Origin: a virus
Lineage: Duplodnaviria; Caudoviricetes
Virus record (IMG/VR): IMGVR_UViG_3300025892_000008
Reading direction: 5' to 3' (one strand)
Length of the DNA: 64,000 nt
Positions within the stretch are counted from its first letter, which is position 1; every line of letters starts with the position of its first letter. A program made the translations under genes and the position numbers. The notes under the pieces were generated by a model. The model was not told the origin of the DNA. It saw only the letters and a list, made by a program, of their open reading frames with translations, and ran no database searches. Positions 44,181-53,997 of the stretch are shown here, piece after piece.

Positions 44181-44950
44181 TTTGTATCCTTTAATTTTAG
44201 AACCATTGTTTTTGATTCATTAGTAAACAAAAATTTGTCGCCGTATTTTTGTATGTTATAGTCTCCCATAACTTTAGTTAACCAGAAAATTTCTGCTGTA
44301 GCATTATCATCTACTTGAATATCTTCCATACCTTCAATTAGTTTATCATCACCTTCTTGAACAAGTTCAAACTCAACTTTGATATCAAATGGTTTAATTA
44401 TTGTTATTTTGTTATTTTCTAAAACTAAATCATCCATTAGTGTCTTAGTAAAGAAACTTTTAACTTCGTCAGTTCTAAATTTAGTCATAACTTGTTCGTA
44501 CATTTTCTTACTTGACGGAATCTTTCTCAAATTTTCTGTAGTAACAGACATTTTATCTTTATTTTTATAATACTTATATTCCCAATCTAAAATATTTGTT
44601 AACTTGCTTATACCAAAAACCATTTCCATAATGTTTTCTGCTAGTTTGTTATTTCTTTCTACTTCAACAAAAATAGAATATTCTCCATCTTTGTTTTCTC
44701 CTGCACTAACATCTGCATCTAGTACAAAAGGATATCCTTTCTCAATAAACTCCATAAAGTCTTTTGCAGGATTTCTATCTTTTGCTTGGAAAGTTACAAC
44801 ACAAACATCTGGGTCTTCACCCATTTTTGATTTATGTGTATCTACTTCCATCATAGGATAAAACATATCCTCTAAATCGTGTTTTCTCAAACCTTCTTCT
44901 AAAACTTTATTATTGTGCTTCATCTGGTGTTCCTTGTGCAGTTTGGTCAA
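44177..44950 (-). CDS. hypothetical protein
   Basis: 257 aa ORF. Confidence 0.75.
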   Translation of the reverse strand: MTKLHKEHQMKHNNKVLEEGLRKHDLEDMFYPMMEVDTHKSKMGEDPDVCVVTFQAKDRNPAKDFMEFIEKGYPFVLDADVSAGENKDGEYSIFVEVERNNKLAENIMEMVFGISKLTNILDWEYKYYKNKDKMSVTTENLRKIPSSKKMYEQVMTKFRTDEVKSFFTKTLMDDLVLENNKITIIKPFDIKVEFELVQEGDDKLIEGMEDIQVDDNATAEIFWLTKVMGDYNIQKYGDKFLFTNESKTMVLKLKDTK

Positions 44951-45431
44951 CTGGTTCTGGATTTTGTGCTTGTACTGAATTTGATAAAATGTCTTGTACT
45001 TTATTCTTATCTAAATTACTATAACCCCTGTCAACATTTTTCATAAGTGTTTTAGGCATTTTAATTTTTACCAACCATACTTGATTGTAATCAACTTTAC
45101 CTTTTCTTGTGCCTGGACGTATATCATCTGGTGTTTTAATTCTTCTTACATTAGCCATAGCAGTTTCAGCATAAGAAACTTTACAACCATACTCCATTAA
45201 TCTCTTACCGCCTGCAGGCTCTGGCATCTTATCATTAGGCCACATAAATGTACACGTAATATAATACCTGTCTTCTTTAGGACCTTCTGCTAATTCACCA
45301 TCGATCCAGTTGTCGAATACGTAAAGGTCAAGTTCATCAACAACACGCTCAAAGTCCTTTAATAGGTTTAAACTGTTGTTAGAACCGTAAATTTGTTCTA
45401 TATTTGATATAATGTCTTTAATGCTGGCCAT
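44910..45431 (-). CDS. hypothetical protein
   Basis: ATG 45431 with GGAG SD and ATAAATA at 45453-45447. Confidence 0.75.
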   Translation of the reverse strand: MASIKDIISNIEQIYGSNNSLNLLKDFERVVDELDLYVFDNWIDGELAEGPKEDRYYITCTFMWPNDKMPEPAGGKRLMEYGCKVSYAETAMANVRRIKTPDDIRPGTRKGKVDYNQVWLVKIKMPKTLMKNVDRGYSNLDKNKVQDILSNSVQAQNPEPVDQTAQGTPDEAQ

Positions 45432-45590
45432 GTTAGTCTCCACAAGTATTTATCGTTTTCTAAATGTTATACTATTATTTTCTTTTTACGAACTTAAATA
45501 ATAGTATGTTCGATAACGGACTTTTGACAATCTATACATACCCACACTCTGTTGTTGAGCATATTTCACTAACGGAGGAAAACCCCTAAT

Positions 45591-46310
45591 ATGAAAAGAA
45601 AAAACAAAGCCCACGCGGCACATAACTCAGCGTACAACAACATAGTTAACATAAACTCGCATAAATCACAGCGAAAACAAGTAGTTCCTAAGAACTTAAA
45701 TCAAAAATTTTACCTACAAAAATTAGACAGCAAGGATAAGCATATAGTATTTGCTATAGGCCCTGCAGGCACGGGTAAAACAATGATTGCAGTCCAATGG
45801 GCAATTAATGAATTTCGCGATAAATTATGTGATAAAATTGTAATAACTAGACCTGCAGTTTCAGTAGACGAAAGTCACGGTTTTTTGCCTGGAGATCTAA
45901 ATGAAAAGATGGCACCGTGGACTCGACCTATTTTTGACGTTTTTTCAGAAAACTTTTGTCAAGCAGAAGTAGAAAGACAAATAAGAGAGGGAGTAGTTGA
46001 AATTGCTCCATTAGCATATATGAGAGGCAGAACATTTAAAAACTCCGTAATTATTGCGGATGAAATGCAAAACGCAACACCTAGTCAGATGAAGATGCTG
46101 TTAACTAGGTTAGGGGAAGGATCCAAGATGATTGTAACCGGAGACTTACATCAGGCAGACAGGCCTAGTAACAACGGTTTATTAGAGTTCCTTGAGTTGT
46201 ATAACAACTTTAGTAATCATCAATATCTTGATATCTGTGAATTTACAAGAGCAGATGTAGAAAGACACGAAGCAGTAAAAGAAATTTTAAGTATATACGG
46301 CGACAACTAA
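45591..46310 (+). CDS. phoH: PhoH-like ATPase
   Basis: GPAGTGKT, ITRPAV, GFLPG, LAYMRGRT, DEMQN and TGD..Q.D motifs. Confidence 0.93.
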   Translation: MKRKNKAHAAHNSAYNNIVNINSHKSQRKQVVPKNLNQKFYLQKLDSKDKHIVFAIGPAGTGKTMIAVQWAINEFRDKLCDKIVITRPAVSVDESHGFLPGDLNEKMAPWTRPIFDVFSENFCQAEVERQIREGVVEIAPLAYMRGRTFKNSVIIADEMQNATPSQMKMLLTRLGEGSKMIVTGDLHQADRPSNNGLLEFLELYNNFSNHQYLDICEFTRADVERHEAVKEILSIYGDN

Positions 46311-46340
46311 GAGTTAACTTTTCTTGTAAGACTGGTAGAT

Positions 46341-46691
46341 CTAATCTATCAGTTTTGCAGGAATTGCCTTAAACAATTTTGTCTTGTTTTCTTTGTAGTT
46401 CTCTTTTGCGAAGTCTACATAGTTTTCCATAGGCGGCTGTTCATCTGCGATGTTAGGCCAGTTACCGTCTGTGCTAAAATAAAGATTGTGCTTGTACCAC
46501 GGATCATTTTCATCGTCTGTTTGATAAATTGCTTCTTCAGGACATTCAGGAATACATACACCGCAATCAATACACTCTTCCGGATTAATCACAAGCATGT
46601 TTTCACCCTCGTAGAAACAATCTACAGGGCAAACACTTACACAAGTTGTGTGCTTACAATTTATACATTTATCATCTACTAAGTGTGCCAT
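46341..46691 (-). CDS. 7Fe/dicluster ferredoxin (FdxA-like)
   Basis: [18 protein letters not shown]...[12 protein letters not shown]. Confidence 0.9.
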   Translation of the reverse strand: MAHLVDDKCINCKHTTCVSVCPVDCFYEGENMLVINPEECIDCGVCIPECPEEAIYQTDDENDPWYKHNLYFSTDGNWPNIADEQPPMENYVDFAKENYKENKTKLFKAIPAKLID

Positions 46692-46692
46692 A

Positions 46693-46938
46693 TTATATTA
46701 ACCAGTTCCATATTGCTCGTAACCCTAATAACAAGTACATTCCTTCCATTAATGCTCTAGGAATATCTTTATCTTTAATACCAAAGTAAATCCACATTGT
46801 ACAACTTACACAGGCAACTGCCCAGCCTATCCATTGTGTTTCTGTATTAGCATTTGAAAGAATAAAAGCAGCAATAATTGCTAGTATAAAGCCTATCCAT
46901 CTAGGCCCATCGATGTTGTGATAGTATCTAATTTTCAT
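46693..46938 (-). CDS. small membrane protein
   Basis: About three hydrophobic segments. Confidence 0.65.
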   Translation of the reverse strand: MKIRYYHNIDGPRWIGFILAIIAAFILSNANTETQWIGWAVACVSCTMWIYFGIKDKDIPRALMEGMYLLLGLRAIWNWLI

Positions 46939-47849
46939 AATCTTCCTAACTTAATTAATACTGCTGCTAGATTAATTTCCGGATCAGCAACTAATGTATG
47001 ATCTACTAATCCTTGTTTAATTACTAGTACCGCAGTGTCTTGTTTTGCTTCATCACCAAAGATTGAAATGTTATCATATAGCCAACGATATACTTCTTCC
47101 ATTTCTTCAGCACGTAGTTTGCCACAAAGTAATTGTCTTGCTTCACTAATCTTGCCAGCCTTAAATAGTTCAACCATATCAAACTTCCAGTCTGCTTCAC
47201 CTTCATCACCTTTACTAGGAGCATGCAGTTTAGCATCTGTAACGTTTTGTTGCACCATGTTAATACATTTACGTAAGTCTGGATACGTAGCCTTTACATA
47301 AAGATCTAATGTTTCTAAATCAATATCAACTTGTTCTTCAACTAGTATTGTTGCAACACGAGCAGTAAACTCTGTTTGATCAATACGCTCCATATGATAG
47401 CCTTGACACCTACTGTGAATAGCAGGAATAATTCTATTAGGATAATTGCAAGTTAAAATAAATCTTGATGTCATATGATACTCTTCCATAACACCACGCA
47501 ATGCTGCCTGTGCGTTCGGCGACAAGTAATCAGCCTCATCTAATAATACAACCTTAAATGGACCAAATGGAATCATTTGCACAAAGTTTGTAATCTTATT
47601 TCTTACTTCATCTACACTGTTTGTTCTACTAGCATTAATTTCTAGTACATCAAACTCTTCAATTCCAAGTTCATTTATAAGAATCTTTGCCATAGTAGTT
47701 TTACCGATACCGGCTGCACCACTAAACAATAAATGAGGAATACTTTTTTCTTTTACCCAAAGTTTTGCTTGTTTGCGTTGATGTTCATCTCTAAAAACAT
47801 AACCATCTAAATTCTTAGGACGATATTTTTCTACCCATAGTTCTTTCAT
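46935..47849 (-). CDS. clamp loader AAA+ subunit (RFC/gp44-like)
   Basis: LWVEKYRP, GAAGIGKT, NAS, DEAD, LTCN and IHSRC motifs. Confidence 0.9.
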   Translation of the reverse strand: MKELWVEKYRPKNLDGYVFRDEHQRKQAKLWVKEKSIPHLLFSGAAGIGKTTMAKILINELGIEEFDVLEINASRTNSVDEVRNKITNFVQMIPFGPFKVVLLDEADYLSPNAQAALRGVMEEYHMTSRFILTCNYPNRIIPAIHSRCQGYHMERIDQTEFTARVATILVEEQVDIDLETLDLYVKATYPDLRKCINMVQQNVTDAKLHAPSKGDEGEADWKFDMVELFKAGKISEARQLLCGKLRAEEMEEVYRWLYDNISIFGDEAKQDTAVLVIKQGLVDHTLVADPEINLAAVLIKLGRL

Positions 47850-48253
47850 TTTGCCTCACTTATACGTTTTCTTAATCCACTTGTACTAAATGAATGTTGT
47901 CTACTATTATAGTGTATTTTTATACCTTTGTCAACACATATTTGTTTGCCTGTAAAATCTTTGGTTTTATATTCTTCACCAATAAAACGGACATTAATAT
48001 TATATGTTAACAAGATATCAACAAGATCCTGTTCAGTAGCATAGGGAATAATTTCATCTATGTACTTACAGCCCTCTAGTTGTACGTATCTTTCAAACAC
48101 ACTTTGTATTGGTTGATTTTTTTCTGGTCTATCTATAGTAGGATCAGTTTGTAGTCCAACTATCATAAAGTCGCAATTGGCTCGTGCTTCTTTTAACATA
48201 GCAACGTGTCCACTGTGGAATAGGTCAAACGATGATGCTGTAAATCCTATCAT
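47846..48253 (-). CDS. TagD-like cytidylyltransferase
   Basis: FDLFHSGH, VGLQTD, ERY and HSFSTSGLR motifs. Confidence 0.85.
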   Translation of the reverse strand: MIGFTASSFDLFHSGHVAMLKEARANCDFMIVGLQTDPTIDRPEKNQPIQSVFERYVQLEGCKYIDEIIPYATEQDLVDILLTYNINVRFIGEEYKTKDFTGKQICVDKGIKIHYNSRQHSFSTSGLRKRISEAK

Positions 48254-48432
48254 GCGCCTGTTCCTCCTGGTGGCACTAGGTCAGGTGTAATACAATGTAG
48301 TGCTACGTATCCTGGATACAGATTGTTTGCTGTAGCAATACCTTGCTCACAGTTTGCGAACTCGCCTACCTTAACAATGTCCCACGGCTGATACGCCATA
48401 GTCATCCAAATATATACTACAAATATTTTCAT
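48250..48432 (-). CDS. small secreted or membrane hypothetical protein
   Basis: 60 aa with hydrophobic N-terminus; ATGA coupling on both sides. Confidence 0.55.
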   Translation of the reverse strand: MKIFVVYIWMTMAYQPWDIVKVGEFANCEQGIATANNLYPGYVALHCITPDLVPPGGTGA

Positions 48433-48755
48433 ACTGTCCTGCCTCCGTCAAATACGCACACAAAATATAGTTCTTCGTTGCCTGCGTGTACACGATGAAA
48501 GACACCATCTTCAATTAGCACAGTGTCGCCTGCTTCTACATTGTGAGTAACACTATCAAGTTCCATTGTACCAGTACCTTCTAAAAACATATACACTTCT
48601 TCTTGTCCTGCGTGTTTATGTCCTGATGTACTTTTGTTTGGATTAAGCCTAGTACTACTTACAACTAGATTCTTCAACAAGGTATTATCCTTAACGATAT
48701 AACGATCGTCGGACTTTACAACTATACCTTCTATGTTAGAGTGTTTAAACTTCAC
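48429..48755 (-). CDS. cupin domain protein (mannose-6-phosphate isomerase-like)
   Basis: GHKHAGQEEVY...GVFHRV. Confidence 0.8.
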   Translation of the reverse strand: MKFKHSNIEGIVVKSDDRYIVKDNTLLKNLVVSSTRLNPNKSTSGHKHAGQEEVYMFLEGTGTMELDSVTHNVEAGDTVLIEDGVFHRVHAGNEELYFVCVFDGGRTV

Positions 48756-48758
48756 AAT

Positions 48759-49172
48759 CTAAAGATCACCTTCTTTTCTGTTTTCAGAATAATGTACATC
48801 AAACTCACCGCCTGGATATCTTGCTTTAAGTTTGTTTACATTTTCTTCTATGACTTCATTAGGATCCAACCCAAGAGCCCGGCAACTACTAATCCAATAC
48901 CACATAATATCGCCAAGTTCTCGTTTGCAATGAAATACAGTTTCATCGTCCAAAGGTTTACCTTGGAAGATACATTTTTTAACAATTTCACTAAACTCTC
49001 CTCCTTCTGATGCAATACCAATTGCACCTGTTAATAATAAAGATGTTTTTACATTAGGATTATTTGCTTCAATATCCTTTGCTCTATAGAACATCTCTGA
49101 TAGTTGATCACTTTCTTTACTTGTTACTTCTTGTACAAAGTCTTTGTACTTGTTTAAATCTACTTGTGTCAA
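48759..49172 (-). CDS. mazG: MazG-like nucleoside triphosphate pyrophosphohydrolase
   Basis: ASEGGEFSEIVKK, ELGDIMWY and N..KL.ARYP motifs. Confidence 0.88.
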   Translation of the reverse strand: MTQVDLNKYKDFVQEVTSKESDQLSEMFYRAKDIEANNPNVKTSLLLTGAIGIASEGGEFSEIVKKCIFQGKPLDDETVFHCKRELGDIMWYWISSCRALGLDPNEVIEENVNKLKARYPGGEFDVHYSENRKEGDL

Positions 49173-49197
49173 GATTCTCTCCTCTATTCTAATTTAT

Positions 49198-49226
49198 ATT
49201 ATATACTATCTGTTTACTCTTGTCAA
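49198..49226 (-). promoter_or_regulatory. sigma70-type promoter for the mazG-to-clamp-loader block
   Basis: TTGACA-N17-TATAAT; the -35 box sits in the palindrome ACTCTTGwCAAGAGT. Confidence 0.75.
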
Positions 49227-49276
49227 GAGTTATACTAAATATTTTTATAACATTCGTTATCAAAAAGGAGAACCCC

Positions 49277-49465
49277 ATGATTACAAATCTTAATGTAAAC
49301 CTAGAAGTAGGCCAAGAAATACTTGTTGGAAAGAACAACGACAAGGCAAAGATTACTAAAATTGAATTTCATCCAAAATCAGGGGAAGTGTCTATAAACA
49401 CCACTAAGGGGCCTAGGAAGGCTTTGACTTTTAGATTGTGTCCGGAAAAAGTATATAGTTGTTAA
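49277..49465 (+). CDS. small SH3/KOW-like hypothetical protein
   Basis: AAGGAG SD, CTAAATA at 49235-49241; LEVGQEILVG...AKITKIE. Confidence 0.65.
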   Translation: MITNLNVNLEVGQEILVGKNNDKAKITKIEFHPKSGEVSINTTKGPRKALTFRLCPEKVYSC

Positions 49466-49858
49466 TTATTCGGCGCCAAACATACCGGCGTCAAATGTTG
49501 CTTTAGATCCGTCTGAATACTCTTGACCGAAGTACGCAAGGTCCTTGGGCTCTTCATCTTGCCATGCAAGTATTGAGTCCAACTCAATTTTTTGAATCTC
49601 TACTTCTTCGCCGTGTTCGTCTGTAACTTTAAGTTTACGTGTCCAACGACCGTGTGCGATTAAAATCCAATCGCCTACATCATACGGATCTTTATTTTCG
49701 TGTCCTTTAGAATATACTTGTGCCCAACGAGGTTTTACACCATGTGCCTTAGCGTCATCGGATCCAATAATGATTCCGCCTGCTGTCGTTGTTTCACCAA
49801 AGTGCATTTTATGCACTAATACATCACTACGGATAGCAGTAATTTTACCTTTGATCAT
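49466..49858 (-). CDS. groES: GroES/Cpn10-like co-chaperonin
   Basis: DVLV...TTAGGIII...VGDWIL...ILA pattern. Confidence 0.8.
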   Translation of the reverse strand: MIKGKITAIRSDVLVHKMHFGETTTAGGIIIGSDDAKAHGVKPRWAQVYSKGHENKDPYDVGDWILIAHGRWTRKLKVTDEHGEEVEIQKIELDSILAWQDEEPKDLAYFGQEYSDGSKATFDAGMFGAE

Positions 49859-49872
49859 GTGCTATAGCCTTT

Positions 49873-50100
49873 CTATGATTTTTTAGATCTATCTACAACT
49901 TCTTCTTGAATTGCTCTAGGGTTTTTATCATAGTAATCTTTTAGAATTGCTTCTCTTGTTCTTACTACTTTTCCGCCCTTACCAATTTCATCACCGCGAG
50001 CATTTACTTTCATATTACCAACTGCTGGTAATGTTTCATTTTTAAGATTAAGTTTTTCCATATCAATCTCTTTGCCGCGCATACTTTTAATTGTTGCCAT
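49873..50100 (-). CDS. hypothetical protein
   Basis: 75 aa ORF with AAGGAG SD. Confidence 0.7.
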   Translation of the reverse strand: MATIKSMRGKEIDMEKLNLKNETLPAVGNMKVNARGDEIGKGGKVVRTREAILKDYYDKNPRAIQEEVVDRSKKS

Positions 50101-50110
50101 TTTAGTCTCC

Positions 50111-50566
50111 TTATTTAAAGAATTCGTTTAGTGGTATATTGTATTTAATCGGATCAATCTTATGGACCCCTAATATGTGAAGAACAAGACTTGAAACACT
50201 TGATCCTCTACCTACACCCCATACGATATCATTTTTTCTTAGTGTGTCTATTATATATTTTACCTGTTTTAGTAACATCGTAAGATTTCTATCTTCGAAT
50301 TCTTTCAGTTCAATCTTAGCTCTTTCTATATATTCGTCTGTTTTACACTGCATAATAACGAATTTTTCAATATCCATATCTTTATAACTGTCTGGCATAA
50401 ACCAATTATTTGTATTTAATTTAGATTTTGGCTTTGGATAGTCTAGGAATTCTGTTTCTATTCTTTCTAGATACAGACTAGCATCATCAATAACACAGTG
50501 TTCCAGTATTTCTGGCCCGTGTTTTTTAATACCTTGTATTACTTCTTTTATATTATTAGTCGACAT
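50111..50566 (-). CDS. miniature DnaE (Pol III alpha)-like fragment
   Basis: R...EL...WGVGRGSSVSSLVLHILGVHKIDPIKYNIPLNEFF parallels DnaE GPGRGSGAGSLVAY...DPL...LLFERF; it ends before the PDxDxD motif. Confidence 0.75.
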   Translation of the reverse strand: MSTNNIKEVIQGIKKHGPEILEHCVIDDASLYLERIETEFLDYPKPKSKLNTNNWFMPDSYKDMDIEKFVIMQCKTDEYIERAKIELKEFEDRNLTMLLKQVKYIIDTLRKNDIVWGVGRGSSVSSLVLHILGVHKIDPIKYNIPLNEFFK

Positions 50567-50792
50567 TTATAAGTTGATCCAAATCCTTATCTTCATCATT
50601 TGTTTTTACAGGTTGCATTGCTCTTCTGCGTAATTCATCTCTATATATTGTAACAAATGTTTGGAGTTGTGTCAACAGTTGTCCGTTGCCTAAACGTGCG
50701 GCTTGGGTATATTTTTTGCCCAATTCGGATATTTTCTGTGTTAATTCAGTTTCAGTAAGTTGTTTTGGGTCTTCTTGGAATGGGTGAAACAT
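50556..50792 (-). CDS. hypothetical helical protein
   Basis: 78 aa ORF coupled on both sides. Confidence 0.7.
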   Translation of the reverse strand: MFHPFQEDPKQLTETELTQKISELGKKYTQAARLGNGQLLTQLQTFVTIYRDELRRRAMQPVKTNDEDKDLDQLINVD

Positions 50793-51403
50793 TATGCAAA
50801 TGCGCCGATATATCTCATGTATATTACCGCAGTGCTGTGTCTAAATACTTCAACGATAATTGGATCAGTTGCTGAAGTTAATGTAAGTACTGGCGATCCG
50901 CTTGCATACCCTGGGAAATCTTTGCTTTTAATAATTGTACCACCTGAAGTTAAAAAGTTAACAGTTCTTGATGAACCATCACTATATAGTTCAAGTGTTA
51001 CTTTGCCCATACCGATCGGAGTGGCTTCTCCTGTATATACAGGATCTCCTGGAAAATTTAAGAAGTCTATGGAAATATTGCCACCTACTCTATAAATTTG
51101 GTAGTCGCCATTTTTGTAATCAATAGTAGTAGGTGAAGCATCAACTGCTCCTCCGTCAAATTTACCAATTCTATTATTAATTAAAACAGCATTTGAGATA
51201 TTGTTTAATTCAAAATCGTTTGCTTCATCCTTATACGCAGCATTTGTAAGGACATCTGTAAGTTCATCTTTAGCATTTCTAAGACTTGTTTTAATTGTGT
51301 CTGAATTATCTCTAAAAACTTGTGTATCATTATCCTGCCCAGCAACTGGGAAGTTTTCATTTATACTTAGATAGTTTATTAAACTGTTGTTCGATCTTGC
51401 CAC
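50792..51403 (-). CDS. putative structural (baseplate/tail) protein
   Basis: INENFPVAGQDNDTQVFRDN N-terminus; ATAAATA at 51437-51431. Confidence 0.6.
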   Translation of the reverse strand: MARSNNSLINYLSINENFPVAGQDNDTQVFRDNSDTIKTSLRNAKDELTDVLTNAAYKDEANDFELNNISNAVLINNRIGKFDGGAVDASPTTIDYKNGDYQIYRVGGNISIDFLNFPGDPVYTGEATPIGMGKVTLELYSDGSSRTVNFLTSGGTIIKSKDFPGYASGSPVLTLTSATDPIIVEVFRHSTAVIYMRYIGAFA

Positions 51404-51448
51404 GTTATTATCTCCGTTGTATTCAGTATGTATTTATCATATTACAAA

Positions 51449-53983
51449 CTAGCTCGGAATATTTTTCTGAGCAAAGGGTTTATCTTCAGTAGATTTATGT
51501 GCTAAATTAGCATGATTTGTAATTTTATCTTGCGGAAACTGTATATAAGTATCCTGTATTTCTCCGTTTAGTATATCAATAATGTATCTATCAGCAGTAA
51601 AATCTATGGTTTTAAAGTCAAATGCACTTGATTTAATTCTACTTATTACTGTATCTGCTCTGTTAGGTTTAGTATAACAAATAACAAGTGCTTTTGTGAA
51701 ACCAAGTTCATACGTACTTGTTTGCTGTATACTTCTCATCCATAAAGGTAAAAATTCTCTATCTCTTTCTCCTATAGCAGATAATCTTTTTCTCATATTT
51801 TTGACTGAATTAGGAAATACTCGTTGCAAATCTGCATCACTCGCATATGGAATATCACTATCTATAGTAATATTGTCATAACTTACAAGAACTTTGCTAT
51901 TGCTGTTATTTGGTAAATTAATTTCATCTGATATACTTTTACCATTTTTTTCGTAATCATCAACTAGATCAACATATACTACTTCATATAGTACTTTTTG
52001 TGTAATTGGGTCTTTGGCTTGGGCTTTCTTTATTGCTCCAAACGTAAATCTTTTATTATAATGGTTTCTACTTAATGCTTGTACTACTGTTGTAGCAGCA
52101 GTGCTTTCTATACCTGCAAAAATTAAACTTTTAATTTCAGTCTGGACACCAAAATTAGTATCACCGTATCTATATATATCGTTAGAAGGAAAAATAGTTG
52201 CGTCAGTTATAAAGTTAAACCATGAAAGTCTTTTATTTTTATTTTGAAACGCTTTAACAAAAATATTAGCAAAAGACTTTTGACTGTCTGCAACAACCTT
52301 TACTGTAAATTTTCTTGTATCTTTTGCCAACCCAGATGAATCAGATGCTTGTACACTAAATGTATATAATTTATCATATGTGGTACCGATACCATCAAAG
52401 GTAGTATTGTACGTAATAGTTCCTGTTGAATCAACTGCACTACTATCTCTATCAAAAAATCTAGTCAACCCTTCTTGATCACTATCTGAAAACTGTGTTA
52501 CTTTGCCTGTAATGTTTCCATTGGATAAGAAAACTAATCCTGGAGGTAACTCACCTGATGTAATACTATAACTAACTCTTCCACCATACAAAAGACTTGT
52601 TGCTTCTACTGCTAATTTACTAGGCTGATTGGGTTTAATAATTCCTAAGTCTGTACCTGTAATCCATTCGATAGAACTTTCTATTTCACCTATTAAATCT
52701 ACAGTGAAAGTTTTATCTGATGTTCCTACACCTAATTCCCAATAAGAACTATTTGCTTCATCTGGTAATTGGTTAATGTTAGATTCTTTACATACATAAA
52801 CAAAACCGTTATATCTAACTGCTTCGTTTGCTTCATAGAATCTTATCGAACTCCAGTCACCTACAAGCGTGTAATCTTGTTGTGCTATACTTGCAGGAAA
52901 ATTAACTGCTTTCATAGTAAATTGATAAGTTGTAGTTACAGCAGCCTGGTATGGAACTTTGCCTGCTAGTTCACCTGTAGTTGTATCTATAGTAAGTCCT
53001 GGCGGCAATGTACTAGGAGTTCCATCAGGATTATTGTCTACTATAAAATAACTGATTACTCCAGACAGTGTTGGTGGATCGTATACATCAAGGAATAATG
53101 TTATGTAATTATTTGCTCTATATCTACCAAGATATGAATCTGTAATCCATAACGGAACTCTATCACTTGTTGTATCTGCTTGAAATAGATTAGTATCAAC
53201 TTGTACTAATGTATTATCTGCTTTTAAAAATTCTTCTGATACTACATATATTTTAAATATTCTGTTTACAGCATTCAATCCATCTGTAATTGCAATACCG
53301 AATGTATAAATCCTACTTAATTTTTTAGGAACAATTCCTTGCTCACCGTAGTCGTAATATTGATTATCATAAAAGAATGAATCAAAACCTAAACTATTAT
53401 TCTTTGCAATGTCTAGAGGTGCTGTATCGAATGAAGCAGTATCGTATGCTCCAGTAATTGATGTAGCATAGTCTATTGCAGGTATTGGCTGTGTAAAGCC
53501 ACTTATACGTCCTGTCTTAGAAATTTTTAATCCATAAGGTAATATTCCGCTATTAGGTACCAAATAATATTCTAAGTTCTCACCTGCTACAGCATCATTA
53601 TCCGTTGCTTCTAATTGGAAGTCTACCTGGGCATCATCCATAATAAAATAAGCCTGACCAGGTCCTACGTTTAAAAATCCTTCTTTGGTAATCCATTCAG
53701 GAATATCTGCACCAGTTACGCTTATTTTAAATGTTCTATCTTTTTCTTTATCGTTATCGTCTGCACGAATAACAAATCTGTATTCTGTAAATTTTGTTAC
53801 TTCAGCAGGTGACCCTTTTATAACATTTCCTGATATTATCATACCACGAGGAAGTTCACCTGCGATTACAGAATATTGAATTGGATTGCTAGTATCTGTT
53901 GTTGCTTCTATAGAGACTGAGGTAATAATTCTTTCTTCAAGTGTTCCTAGGTCTCCTGCTGGCGTTGTCCATGTCACTGCCAT
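51449..53983 (-). CDS. baseplate-wedge-like protein with He_PIG/Ig-like repeats
   Basis: Repeated G.LP.GL....G.(I/L).G motifs; 844 aa; structural gene context. Confidence 0.65.
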   Translation of the reverse strand: MAVTWTTPAGDLGTLEERIITSVSIEATTDTSNPIQYSVIAGELPRGMIISGNVIKGSPAEVTKFTEYRFVIRADDNDKEKDRTFKISVTGADIPEWITKEGFLNVGPGQAYFIMDDAQVDFQLEATDNDAVAGENLEYYLVPNSGILPYGLKISKTGRISGFTQPIPAIDYATSITGAYDTASFDTAPLDIAKNNSLGFDSFFYDNQYYDYGEQGIVPKKLSRIYTFGIAITDGLNAVNRIFKIYVVSEEFLKADNTLVQVDTNLFQADTTSDRVPLWITDSYLGRYRANNYITLFLDVYDPPTLSGVISYFIVDNNPDGTPSTLPPGLTIDTTTGELAGKVPYQAAVTTTYQFTMKAVNFPASIAQQDYTLVGDWSSIRFYEANEAVRYNGFVYVCKESNINQLPDEANSSYWELGVGTSDKTFTVDLIGEIESSIEWITGTDLGIIKPNQPSKLAVEATSLLYGGRVSYSITSGELPPGLVFLSNGNITGKVTQFSDSDQEGLTRFFDRDSSAVDSTGTITYNTTFDGIGTTYDKLYTFSVQASDSSGLAKDTRKFTVKVVADSQKSFANIFVKAFQNKNKRLSWFNFITDATIFPSNDIYRYGDTNFGVQTEIKSLIFAGIESTAATTVVQALSRNHYNKRFTFGAIKKAQAKDPITQKVLYEVVYVDLVDDYEKNGKSISDEINLPNNSNSKVLVSYDNITIDSDIPYASDADLQRVFPNSVKNMRKRLSAIGERDREFLPLWMRSIQQTSTYELGFTKALVICYTKPNRADTVISRIKSSAFDFKTIDFTADRYIIDILNGEIQDTYIQFPQDKITNHANLAHKSTEDKPFAQKNIPS

Positions 53984-53997
53984 TTGTGGTTATCCTC

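Noticed and set aside
45450-45590. tRNA or ncRNA in the divergent gap before phoH
   Set aside because: No cloverleaf, T-loop or convincing long stem; only promoter-like motifs and an SD.
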